Shown here: piece after piece, positions 1 to 12,600 of the stretch
Layout: every line of letters starts with the position of its first letter
Position numbering within the stretch: position 1 is the first letter of the stretch
Source: Antedon mediterranea
Taxonomy: Eukaryota; Animalia; Echinodermata
Direction: 5' to 3'
Length of the DNA: 64,000 nucleotides
NCBI RefSeq assembly: GCF_964355755.1
Contig: NC_092677.1
Coordinates: forward strand, 8,702,101-8,766,100
Made by a program: the position numbers and the translations under genes
Notes under the pieces: model-generated
What the model was told of the DNA's origin: nothing
What the model saw: only the letters and a program-made list of their open reading frames with translations
Databases searched by the model: none

Positions 1-36
1 TTTCCCTTAAATAATATTTCATTTTTTTAAACCCAG

Positions 37-2527
37 GGAACTACATGTCATCAATGCAGACAAAAAACCCTGGACATGAAAACCATTTGCCGTGCAGAAT
101 CTTGCTTTGGTGTCAGAGGTCAATTTTGTGGACCATGTTTGCGTAACCGCTATGGTGAGGATGCAAAGACCTGTCTGAAAGATCCTGTAAGTATTGTAAT
201 CTTGTTATATATAAGATATCGTTTGTACAATGTATAATTTATCAGGCAGCCGCTGAAACAAACAGCATTTATGGTTGAATTGAATTGAATTGAATTTATT
301 TGGAAAATCATCATAAAAAATACATACAAAGTGATAACATAAATTACGGACATTACAAATAATACATTTATAAAAGACTTTCCAGGATAGCCCAAAAAGC
401 TTATCAGCTTATTTCCATTGGGATCCTTTTACAATCTAAAATAAAAAATATAAACATTACAAAGTATTGCATTAAACACGTAAATATTACAAAAACAATA
501 ATATAAAAAACAAGTTAAATTAAAGATTATGATTGACTTATAAAATTATTTGGTAGAACATTTGGTTACTTAGAAAATCTTCCTAGATATTTGCATAAAC
601 GTGTTAAAGAATAAAAAAGGTAGTAGCGGATGTATAATAATTCTGACATGGCCCCCTTCTGCCTCTAGACTTGACCCTAAATCTTGTTCTCCTCAGGAAT
701 GGTTTTGCCCACCATGTAGAGGTGATTGTAACTGCAGCTTCTGTCGTAAGAAGAAGGGACGACATGCCACCGGAATCTTGATACACCTTGCCAAACACAG
801 TGGCTTCAACAGCGTCAGAGAATACCTTGAAAGGTTAGTGTTTTTATCAATTAATCGTAACATAATCACCCTAATGAACAGCTTTTAAATGTTGCTATCT
901 CAGCGCATATATAGCCAAGGTTTTAAGGCTCCAGCAATCTATTTTCCTTTCTTATGGGTTAGGCCTACTAACTAAAATTTAGAAACATAATCTCTTTTAG
1001 CAAGTATATATACATAACAAATTTTACTCAGAAGCAACTTGATTCTACATTATTCTTTAGGTGCTTCACCGCCATCGAAAAATAAGTGGGGATATTAATT
1101 TCTTACAAATGTTTATACTTTGTAATAAACAATTTCAAACCCGGAGATGCTGTACCCTTTGAAAAGGGCTTTATAATAAAATCCTTTTTCTTGAGTTTAA
1201 ATCCAAGTTATTTAACTGTAACATATTTGCTGTCAGTGTTGTGTACACTCATTTAGCCGATATGGTTTATGAGGAGACCACTAACATTAAATAAGATTGC
1301 AATTACATGATATATACTTGCCTCTGGTACAGCCGATAACTTTTGCAATTTTTCCCTAGTATATTAAGCTCTCTGAAATGATTGAAGTTGATTAGTTGGT
1401 TTCATTCAATCAAAGGTTTTACAGGGCTCGTTATTTAAGAGCTAAATTGAAAAAATTCTGTGATTAATAATAAGACTCTGTAATGCTCTAGATAGCTGGG
1501 AAATAAATGTAACGCTTTTCTATGTGCAACATTAATTATCCTGCTATGTAAGAAGAATTTGCCTTTCAATTTATGGTATTTTACAGCTACAGTGCATTTG
1601 TATGTAGGCCATGGCATGCGAGAAATAAAATAGAAATTGTAATCTTAGAATGTTGCTTTTTAATAATAATAATAATAAGATTTATACAGCGCACATATCC
1701 ACTAAAGTGCTCAAGGCGCTTGTGAAAACCATGAAATATATTAACCTTGAACTAAAATACAAAGATAAATTTGACAAAAACCGAAAAAATAAACAGGACC
1801 AATTTTAATGATGCCCACTTTAATACATTATGTTAAAAAATGTATTATATAAAACAGTCACTTGTAAAAATAAAAGCGTCAAATTCCCTCGAGCCTGACG
1901 GTATACTGGAAATGTTGCCTGATACACACAACTCCACATGATCTTCCACACATCAATTCAATAACATAGTACTTTTAGCATGTCTACGAGAATTATAAAT
2001 AATCATTTAAACAATCAGTGTGACACAACAAAATTACAGAATCAATCCGTTTATTTTATTAAAACACTTTGTAACAAGAGAACATCTAACAAATTATTTT
2101 ACTGCAGTAACTACAGTGTTTGGTACTTCTTTCGGTACTAAAAATCAGAAATGAAAAATATGTATAATTACGCCTAAAAAACATGCTGAATAATTGCATA
2201 CTATTAAGTTAACATGCAGTAGAATATGTTGTAGTAAAATGTAAGCATTTATTGAATCTATTAAAGATTTATTTTGTGACTATCTAATTTCAAACAATAA
2301 ACTTTTTACATGCAAATAATCAAACACAGATTCTAACTGATAAAATCTAATGATACACATTAATAATTTATTGTATAAATTATCAAACAATTTTGGTCAT
2401 TTGGCTTTCACTTTACCTCAATCATGATGTGACTGTTACATTTTTCTCTAATATAATATTCATATAATTATTATATTTTCACATTTTTTTACATTCTTTC
2501 TTTATTGACAGCTTGGCTAGTGTTTAA
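37..2527 (+). CDS. CDCA7: CDCA7/CDCA7L (JPO1)-like protein, C-terminal zf-4CXXC_R1 domain; 5'-partial
   Basis: Exon 37-186 reads [50 protein letters not shown]. Exon 697-833 reads [45 protein letters not shown]. Probable last exon 2512-2527 reads SLASV*. All have AG/GT boundaries. The [20 protein letters not shown] and CPPCRGxCNCSFCR motifs are diagnostic of CDCA7. AATAAA at 2785-2790. Confidence 0.92.
275..430 (-). mobile_element. LINE 3' end remnant with (CAATT)n tail
   Basis: AATAAA followed by TTCAATTCAATTCAATTCAA on the minus strand, with an upstream GC-richer stem-loop-like segment. Confidence 0.5.
1661..1722 (-). mobile_element. L2-type LINE/SINE 3' end
   Basis: Minus strand GCGCCTTGAGCAC..GTGGATATGTGCGCTGTATAAAT followed by (TAT)n: an L2-like stem-loop and tail. 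Confidence 0.6.
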
Positions 2528-4877
2528 AGTTGTTTAACAAAATTCTTTATGCGAGGAAAGTGTCTTGGTGAACACTCTACTATGTTATTTTTCTCACTTA
2601 TGGGTGTCATTGTAATAAATGTATTTTATTACAGACACAGTGTCTGCATTATTGTGTTGCTTGATAGTGAAGAGCTGTTTAATTTTTATATTCTGTATTT
2701 TCAATCATCATTGGTTTTATATCAAAAAAATGTTTCCACATTTGATTACAATTCTTATGAAAATGTCAATTTTTACATTATATGAATAAATTTGTTACAA
2801 TCGTTTCACTTGTGAATTAAATTTAAATGTAATATTGTATCATCAATTTGTCATATTAACTTTTACATTGTGATTTAAAAAATTGTTTGTTACTTTTTAT
2901 ATTCAAATGTAAACAAAATATTTCTATTTATTTCTTTTTTATAACAACTCATTATAGTTCCTAGTTTGTAAACTATGTATGGTTCTACCCATGATTGTCT
3001 TATTGTTCTTAAAATATTATGTGAAAAAGATGTAAAATTAGTATCCATATTTGAATTTTTTATCAAGATTTTTACAGATAGTCATACACACTGCTTCTGT
3101 ACACACCAACTTCAACATAAAAAGCAACTAAAATCATACTTCATTTCTGTACAAAAAAAATTAAAGTATAATTTTGACATGATCCCTTGAGTGCTTTTCT
3201 ACACTCTAAATGTTATTAATTAATAATCAGGTGACGTGTTTAAAAAGTCTAAATTTGCTTCATGTTGATAATGTACCTAAAACAGGAAATACTTGATCGA
3301 TTCTACATTTGTCTTGCTCGTTTCCTAAACCAATGATAATTTCCGTCTATTTATAATCGCAAATACTGAAAATGTTTTTCCAAATTATGTTGAGATAAAA
3401 TCAATTTAACTATGCATATTATTAAATATAATTGTTAAACATAATTTTTATAGGGTTATACAATTTGTATCACAGTCACGAAAATATTGTATTTCTCCGA
3501 CAATATTGAAGTGATTGTTTAAATAAGAATTATTTCACAAGTACCGTAGTTAAAGATTCGTTAAATTTAATGTTCATGTTACAGAATATTGTTAATTAAT
3601 AATAAGTTATTTTGAATCTAGAAAACAGTGAAAATTGAGTATTTTTAAAGTTGATTTCTTTCAACAATCTTTTCTCCAATTTCAAACATTTTCATGGTTC
3701 ATTAATTGTTGTTTTTAATTGTTAACAATGTTAGAGATTTGTGAAGAATTGTATATAGCTTTAATTTTGTCGTCAAGCTTGGTTTCCAAGTATGTGAGTT
3801 TACCAATCACAAGCGACAGTTGGGATGCATTGCGTCGCAATTAGTCAAATTACTATTGTACATCCAACGTTCGTTATGTGTAACTGGTATGTGTTTGGAT
3901 TTATGCTTAGTGTGAAAAATATTGTTACCTTTTTTTATTGAAAATTGTATTAAATGAAATTTAAAGAATGTTGAATAAAATGTTTACTTAAAATTCGTTT
4001 GTTTTAACAATAAAAAATTCACTTATTTCTCCATGTTTACAAAAAGTGATTTTAATAAATGGTGCAGTTATTTTGAAGTTACTGAATGTCCGTTGTTGTT
4101 TTTTAAGTTTACAATTACATTAGATATCATTGTCGTTTTTATTTGTCAACATTTAGTTTCTTCAGAAAGGTAATAGATTTTTTAAAATTAATGAATTGAA
4201 AGAGGAAAATCTCCTTGAACTCAGTCCGTAACGCCACGTTCAATTATAATTTATTTTCATCGAAGAGTGTATAAAAATCGAAAACAGAAATCTTATGAAC
4301 GTCGTCCGTCGTTTAAATGCAGGTCTGTTTATAATTCTGCAAGAGGTAGACCCTCTAGGTCTACTCATATTGGTTGTTTCCATTTGTAAACTTTCCCCTT
4401 TCCATTCTTTTGTTTTGTACTATGTATGAATATGTGAATGGAAATCAAAAAGAAAGAAAAAGAAACCGTACTGTACCGTAACTAGCTCGCATAATAATAA
4501 AAATAATAATATACATATAAAATTGTTAGTTAAGACCGTTTTATTAGTATGAAACAAACTTTCTGAAACGCACACAGTGTGTAAATATAAACATTTACAT
4601 TTTTTTTACATACCAAAGTATAAATATCTTGATCATTTCTAAAGCTCTGTCTACAATATGTGGTGTAACACAATGATGTCATATCACTACATATTTGGGC
4701 ACATCATACTTGTTGTTGTCAAACTAGTTTGATAGTGTAGACAAGGTTTAAGATACCAAGAAAAAACGTAATGGTCTAAAGAGAACATTACATTTCACCG
4801 TTAGTAGTTTAAGGTAAAATAATATAAAGCTAACAATTATTATATATATACATTTTTCAGTCAGTTTTAGACTTAAT

Positions 4878-5165
4878 CTCTCTGTCTACGCTATCAAACA
4901 TTATGTGACAAAAAATGTGATGTGCTCATGGACACGATGACATATCACACTACCATGTTTCAATTCAATTCAAAATTCTTAATCATCCCACACGGGGCAA
5001 TTCAAATAAAAAGGTCTGGATTAAAATGATCTTACAATATATACAAAATATCACAATACACAGTACAATATAACAAGAGTCAAAGTTCAAGAATTTATGA
5101 GTCGGATGGCCACTGGCACATCATACGTTTTTTGGTCAAACTAGTTTGATAGTGTAGACAGAGTT
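4878..5165. mobile_element. MITE family A copy interrupted by a Rex1/Babar-like LINE 3' end
   Basis: Both TIRs are present. The insert at about 4959-5114 reads VPVAIRLINS*, AATTGCCCC..GGGATGATT and (GAATT)n on the minus strand. Confidence 0.7.
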
Positions 5166-5699
5166 TTACATAAAATATGGTAAAACAATAAATATAATCT
5201 CACTATAGTATATTTTAAATATTTTTTTTGGTTCAATTTAAAACAGGCTTACATGATTAATTATAATTTCATTTTTTCCTAATAAACTAATAAATCGTAA
5301 ATCTGTAAGAAGTTGGGTAATTTTCGATGGGAAAGTTAATACTGTATTTTCTTCTTTAAATGACTTTACCATTATATTCAATATCAATCGATATACTGTA
5401 ATATGCTTAGTACAATCACTACTAGTAGGCCTATGTTACATTTATTGGAATTTGTTTTCGAAAATTTTGGAACTTTGAAAAATCCATAATCAAATAAATA
5501 AACTAAAATAAATTTACCTACACTTATATATACTTACATATCAAATGTTTTATTATACATTATATATACAACAGGTGGACAAATGTAACGAATACAAACA
5601 TCATTACTATTATTAATGTTAATTTGTTTGTTTGCTGCCCGCCGCATTGATTCCTCATTGTAGTTTTGATATTTAGTCTTTTCGGTACCCTGAATCTAA

Positions 5700-5906
5700 A
5701 AGTCTTCATTACTGTTTTTGTCCTGTTTCCGGTTCCCGTGTTGTCCTGTTTTTTTTTGTTTTTTTTTCTATGGGCTGCCTTATACAAGCTTTGCTTTTTA
5801 GGAATGTTGCCCCTCTTATTTTAATAATTTTTACTGTTAATTTTTATTTTCTATGAAAGACAAGAGAAATAAATGTTACTTTGATTGATTTGATTGATTG
5901 ATTGAT
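5700..5906 (+). mobile_element. LINE 3' end remnant with (TGAT)n tail
   Basis: GGGCTGCC..ACAAGCTTTGCTTT..GCCCC stem, then AATAAA and TTGATTGATT repeats. Confidence 0.5.
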
Positions 5907-6668
5907 TTTTTTGTACTCGCAATTTTAAATAGTTAATAGTTTAATCGCAGTAATATTATTAATGTAAAACAGAATAATATATCTAATGAAAAAAAAATAG
6001 CACCTTCAGTTCATTACAACATAAATTAAAAGGCATCGCTCCAACTAAAGTTTTTTTTTTCTCTTTAAAGTGACCGCTTCATACCAGTGCAGAATAAGTA
6101 CAGTAATATATCGAACTATCAATTTTTTTTGCAAAAAAAGGCTTTAGCGAACTTTTCTTTTCGGCATGATAGATGAAGAACGAACGTTTAATCGGCTAAA
6201 TTTTCCCGCTAATAATGAGATTCACGGTGGGTGTAGGCCTATACTGAGATTATACGCATGCGCAGGTTATTGTTTTGCATAAATTACCACATTATAGAAG
6301 ATATTTCAACATAACTTATTAACCTTACTCTTTCTTTTCTTTTCATACAACTTCTGTATTTCATTGTATATATATCTGTCATATAACTGTTACCAACAAA
6401 ATATAACATAGGGCCTACAGAGCATATCCTTACCGACGACGTAACGTGAACTATGACGTAACGTAAACATTAGGAAGTTGATGTTTCGCTATGTAAATTA
6501 TACTGGGGAAAGCTTGCTCTCCCACACCCTGAAGAGGGTAATTAAAGAAATAATGAATATATTGCCATTGTCATTCAGGATACAGAACACGCCATATACC
6601 AGAGAGGGGAGAAACCCAATAGATTCAATTCACTCTTGTGAAAATTAACTCTTCCCTGATTATACTCT

Positions 6669-9600
6669 TCAAACAATCGTAAACTCCTCAGTGTAATTGT
6701 CTGATGTATTTGACAGCTGATCCTGTGACAACATTTCGATTTCAATCTCTCCATTGCTATCTTCAGTGGAAACCTGTGGAGATCCTGAGAATCGTTTATG
6801 TCGACTACTTTTTGACGAACTAACAGTGTTTATGACTTGAGTAGAATTAAGTGCAGGGAATGATTGAGGTGACGGAGTTGATACTTGTCGACGTGGCCGA
6901 TGTTTCTGCGCTGACCGTGGTTGCTCTGGTTCACTCAGAAAACCTGTAAAAAAAATAACACAATTATATGTTTGATGGACATTTTCCTTATTAGTAGTAC
7001 TCAGAGAGGTTGTTGTCGGTTTGTTTTGGTCGACTATTAATTGTCAGTTTGAAATATAGTTTTCTTACCGTTGATTCTTGTTTCGTAATATCGCATACCG
7101 TCATTTAGTAGAATGCTGGAGTGATGATGTGAACGATCAGCGCATTCGTCTAACGGGCTGCAAGGCTGATCTAAGGTAGCTGAACGTGTTTGTCGCTTAG
7201 AATGCCTACATTGTTAAACAGATTGATAAATCATAACATATCGTAATTGTACGCATTTACTACCTTCCATAACCCAGCTAAGTTGATTAAGGTAAAGATA
7301 AATGTATTTATCGTTCTTAATTTTAAACTGAGGACATTTGGATTAGGTTCTCTGCGGACCCAAGGAAGCAAGCAACTCAAATCAACTCACTGTTAGACGA
7401 TCCCCTACTATTTTCGAATAGTATACGAAGTTCTTTAACGTGCGCTTTATCATTCAAACGCCGAGGGCCAACGGCTATTTGTCCTATCCCACTAGCATCT
7501 TGTATAAGGATATATTAATAATACTTCAAAATAAAAAATAAATAAAACTACACACACACACACCTTCTAGATTTGCCAGAACTTCTCTTAGATTTGTTAG
7601 ACGATTTTGAAGTTGGTTTCCGGGAATTTCGGTTCCCGCTTTTTGTGCGAGGTGGGCGATAGCATTTTGAATATCTGTCGTTTGCTTGGTCGTCGGATCC
7701 ATCACTTGAATGAAGTGTTTGACTTCTGATTATGCGCTCGCGTGGTCTAGCTCCTGTAAAATTACATCAAAATTAATTTCTGTATTTAGGAATATTTTAA
7801 TATACTTTCCGGAATTCATATTTTCCACATTGTTTTGAGGACATAGGCCTAAGTCACATTTTGGTGTTAGATTTTAGATTTTATACCAACTCTTGTTTTT
7901 CACAAACTATCCTCATCTCGACAAAAACCAATACTCCATGCAAGAATCGAACTCGAAATCCCTAATTTATTTGTTTCTTCCATGGTTTAACACACGACAA
8001 CTGTGCGCTAACCATTGGTAAGATCAGTAGCGGAAATAAACACCATTACAACAACTGACAAATATGCATGCTCAAGTAAATCCCACCAATGAACCCAATA
8101 TCCGGAACTTTTACGTACACAGGTGACAATCTAGCGGGTTGTTTGACAATCGGAAGGCAGCCGTGAATGAATTTTTTAGGCCTACCATACGGGAAAGTCA
8201 TGTTATCATGAAATCAACTATAGAAATGTTTAAAGAAATTGATGTAGGAATAATATATGATCTGAAGAAGGTTGTGCGAAGTTGGATATACCTACTTTTT
8301 TAGAAGTAGGCTAGGAGGTAAGCACTGTTATGTTATTCTGAGTGGCAGACAAGCCTAACAATAACACAGCAACGCCTGTATTAGCGGGCCTATGTAACGT
8401 ATGTGGGTATCAGGTGACGTGTGTTTTAGCTTTACCAACATGGGGAAATAAAACAATGACTTCGTTATAGCTTCATTTATGATATGCAAGCGTAAAGCTT
8501 ACATTTTAAACAGATTATTTATGTATTGATCGAGTATTTTCAATTTGAAGATCCGTTTTTTGTCGAGATCATTTGCGATGGAAATCAGTTTGAAGGCACA
8601 CGGAGTTAATACAACTCACTGGAAGGAGCAATCATAGATTAGGACCACTTTAGGGTTGATTTTTTATTTTACGACTACGTTACCTTGTTTATGGATCTCC
8701 CCAGGCGATGATGAATCTGTGTCAATGGGTGGATCCACAGGACTAACAGGAATTGTTGGAACGCTGTTCCAAATGCCATTGTCTATATCACTACTAGAGC
8801 TATGATGAGTATCTACACGCTTATACAATTGTGCCGATTTGTCGAATGATGAACAACGTTGTTGTTGAATTCTGTGACGTTGTTGCTCTTGGTTGTCTAT
8901 GGAATGTCTGCTTATTGATATATCTAGGAACAAAGCAATATTGTACGGTTTAGGAAATAACATTTAAAGGCAGGCAGGAATACAATTCTATTTTGTAATG
9001 GCGAAAGAACGTAAACGCAGGTAGTGGGAACCAATGTTAACACACGATAGGCCCTACGCAGTATTATAATATCCATAGGCCTAAATGTTTTGAACCAGCG
9101 TTTTTGTGGTAGCTCTATGCCCAGTATTATAATATCCATGAATGTTTTGAACCAGTGTTTGTGTGGTAGCTTTAGTAGTAAATCACTTTTAATATTAAGT
9201 TTTGTGTATTCTAATTGAAGTGGTCCCCGTATATAGACAAATTGGAATTTTCCATATTCATATTTCCTATTTGTAATAAGCTATACAGAAAGTTGTATTT
9301 GTAATGTCTACACTAACATATTTTTTTGTTGACCTGTTTGCTCACACTATCATAATCAAATGATGTCTTTAGTCTGATGTAGTAGGCCTTTTATAGTTCT
9401 TATACTTACTTGGTTTTGCAATGTTTGTGGTTCTGGACAGGTTGAGGTGGGCTGGTCTCTCTGGCAGTGGTGGTGGTTTTGATTTCTGATAAGCCGATAT
9501 TTTATCATACGTCATTACATTCCCTAAACAATTAAGAAATACAAAACTGCAGTACGGTATAGAAAGTATGTCAATTATTCTGATCATATTATGATTTATT

Positions 9601-12600
9601 TGGCCTGACATGGAGTACGAGAGACAAGGATAATCTAAAGCTCTGTCTACACTATCAAGCTCGTGTGACAACAAGTAAAATGTGCCAAAATATGGTAGTG
9701 ATCTGACGTATATTAACCTTATAAGGTTGTTCTACAACAAAATACACTAATATTAGATGATGTTTCATTGAATTTATTGTAGTATACTCACCTAGATGTG
9801 GATTGGATGATTACGTCATATTTTTAGAATTAATAGTGCGCACGGTAATAATCTAAGGTATATTTATAGTAGCCTAACTTTCGATTACGTACCGTTTTCT
9901 AAAAGTCTGCTTTGCGTAATGTTATGATACGGACTGGCACGCAAAGGGTACAAAACTCCACCTACGGCTCCTTGGGCTGGTTCTTGTGAGCTTTGGTATT
10001 GAAATGTTGTTAGGCTTACAGGGGAAATGCTGTTGATGTTGGGGTCACTCACAGGCAGATTTACAGAATGGCATGCATCTGATAACGAAAGGGGGTGCAA
10101 ATGAAATAAAAGAAAACCGAAATTCAACACATAAAACAGAAACCACACTCCGCCGGTTAGATGGCGGAGATTTCACCAAAAAGGGTTAAAAGCATCATGC
10201 AAAAATAATACAGTAGGCCATCATGGGAAAGCAAGGATACCTGAAAAGAATGCAAGCGATTTTTCACCGTCTTATTTAGCAGACGGTTACCAATCAAATA
10301 AAGGTTGGCAATGTAAATATTTAACATTAATACTGTCACACACTACTAACAATTATTTACATTAGGAAAACAACGACACAATTATACACATAATGTTTCA
10401 TGTTTCGTGGCTTGTGCTCGGTGGTGGTGGGTCGTGAAATGTGTGAAATGAGAATTGACTTGTTTGGTATACATTAAGTGCTTTTGGCGAATCACCCTCG
10501 AAAGACGAGGAACCATGCGGAATATCTGTGGAAAAGAACATTATATCTCCTTTAAACCTGTCTTGCACTAGGCGAAATTATTCCGCAAATGTCATCTACT
10601 AAACTTATTGACTTATTCCATTGATTTCATTTTCAGGTTTCTTGCATGTTTTATTTCACCGCACAAATTATATAGATTTTTCTTCTTATTTTAAAAGTGG
10701 TATCTATTATAATTTATCACCCTGTTCTACCATATTCTCTAAGTTTGTCATTGAACCTACCAATATCATCGTTTGGGGAAAATATCCAGTTTTTTGTTGA
10801 ATTATTTAAATTATTTAACGGTGTTCCTCCTTCTCCAAGAAAAGGCTCGTGTTCATATGGCGCTCCCGTATCTTCACGTCTGAATAAGAATTAAAAGTAT
10901 GTTAGGCTAACTACACGTAAAGTAGCAATAGCTTAATTTGTATTAGATTTCAGACTTAGGCTACGTTCAATAGGAGTCTGGTCTGGTCTGGTGGCCGAAT
11001 AAAAGCCACCGGACCTAATCTTGGTTCAATGTGAACTTAACTTTAGGCTTACAGATACTGACGATAATATCCTTTCCAACACACACAATGCAAAACTGTT
11101 ATTAGTCCGTGATGGAATAGATTTGATAACATTTGTTAAGACAATACAAATTTGATAATGAAAATATTTACCTAATATTTGAGTCAATGTCTATTGTCAT
11201 CATGCCACCTGCTGCAATGGTTGTCGCCTGTTTTGTTTTCCAATGATTCGTGTTTCTATAAAGTACTATCACAACAATACATAGTAGGATGAACACTATC
11301 AAGCCTCCTAAAACCGGTACAAATATCTTAGGGTCACCATAGTAAGGGAGTCCCTGTTCTTCGGGCTTATGTTCCAAAACCAGGGGAGGAACCGTTCCTG
11401 TAATAAAGAAAAAATTGCATAAATTCAGCTTTTAAAATTATATTTTAACAAGAGAAATAAGAGAGCTGCAACCTCAACCATCAGGAGAAAAAATATAAAA
11501 AGATACAGTACGTACGGCCTAAAATTAGCAAAGTCATATCTATCTTTAGTTTAAATGTGGTAAAGAACCGTCCTTTAGTTTTGGCGTTATATCTTGCTAA
11601 ACACGCACAAACAAATAATACCTCCAAGGCGGAGAGGTAATTATTAAACTTTCTACCAGTAATGTACAACTTATGATATGTATTTTCATCCAATGAAATT
11701 ACCTCCTGTGTATGAGATTGTTGCCACTGTTATTTTGTAAGGAGTTGCCCCGGCACTATTAACTGCTGTCACTCTAATATCATACCACGTAGATGGGTGT
11801 AATTCGTCAACAATAAACGTATCTGCGGGAGCCAGGATGTTGCTAGCCTTCGTCTTCCATTCGGTCTGACCAAATAACCGATACTGAATTGTGAAACTCT
11901 TTATTGGACAGCCACCCGAATCAAAACTTCGTAAATTTAAATTGACTAGTGTTGCATTGGTTTCCGTGAGTATCATGTCAGTAGATGGTGCAATCGGAGC
12001 TAATTGAAAAAAACAGAGAAAAATAATTTTTTTAGAAAAGCGTTGCAGGAATCTTTGATTTATACCTAAGTGTTACACTTTGTATAGGGCAGTATGATGG
12101 TGACATGAAACAAAATGAAATTGTCACAATACCTGTATAGTTTATATAGGTACTGTGTGCAGCTCTAGTTTTTAGTAGATATGTTTGTTACGTCGTTCGG
12201 ATGGGACGTAAAGTCGTTGGACCCGTGTATATACAATAAATAACAATAAACTTTTTCCATTTGAAAAAAAGTAAGGGATCGTCTCCTGGCTTAATGTTTG
12301 ACAACAACACATACAGATACCCACATTTGAAAGTTTAAACCATGTTAATGCCAGTTTAAATATATTAAGTACAATATCTGAACTAAATCGTACTTACTGG
12401 AACCATCTGTGTTAACTTTTACTTCGTTGCTATCATCGCTGGTTCCCAGTTTGTTCATAGAAGTCATATAGAAAGTATATGGTGTGCCGCACTGTAGATC
12501 CGTGAATATATAACTACGTCTTGTCGAATTTACGCTCACACGCTCCCAAAGAAAGTCGTTTTTCTTTTTATGGAATAGGGTAAAACCTGAAAATAAATCT

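Noticed and set aside
7935-8018. tRNA gene
   Set aside because: Only A/B-box-like remnants with no cloverleaf; treated as a SINE head.
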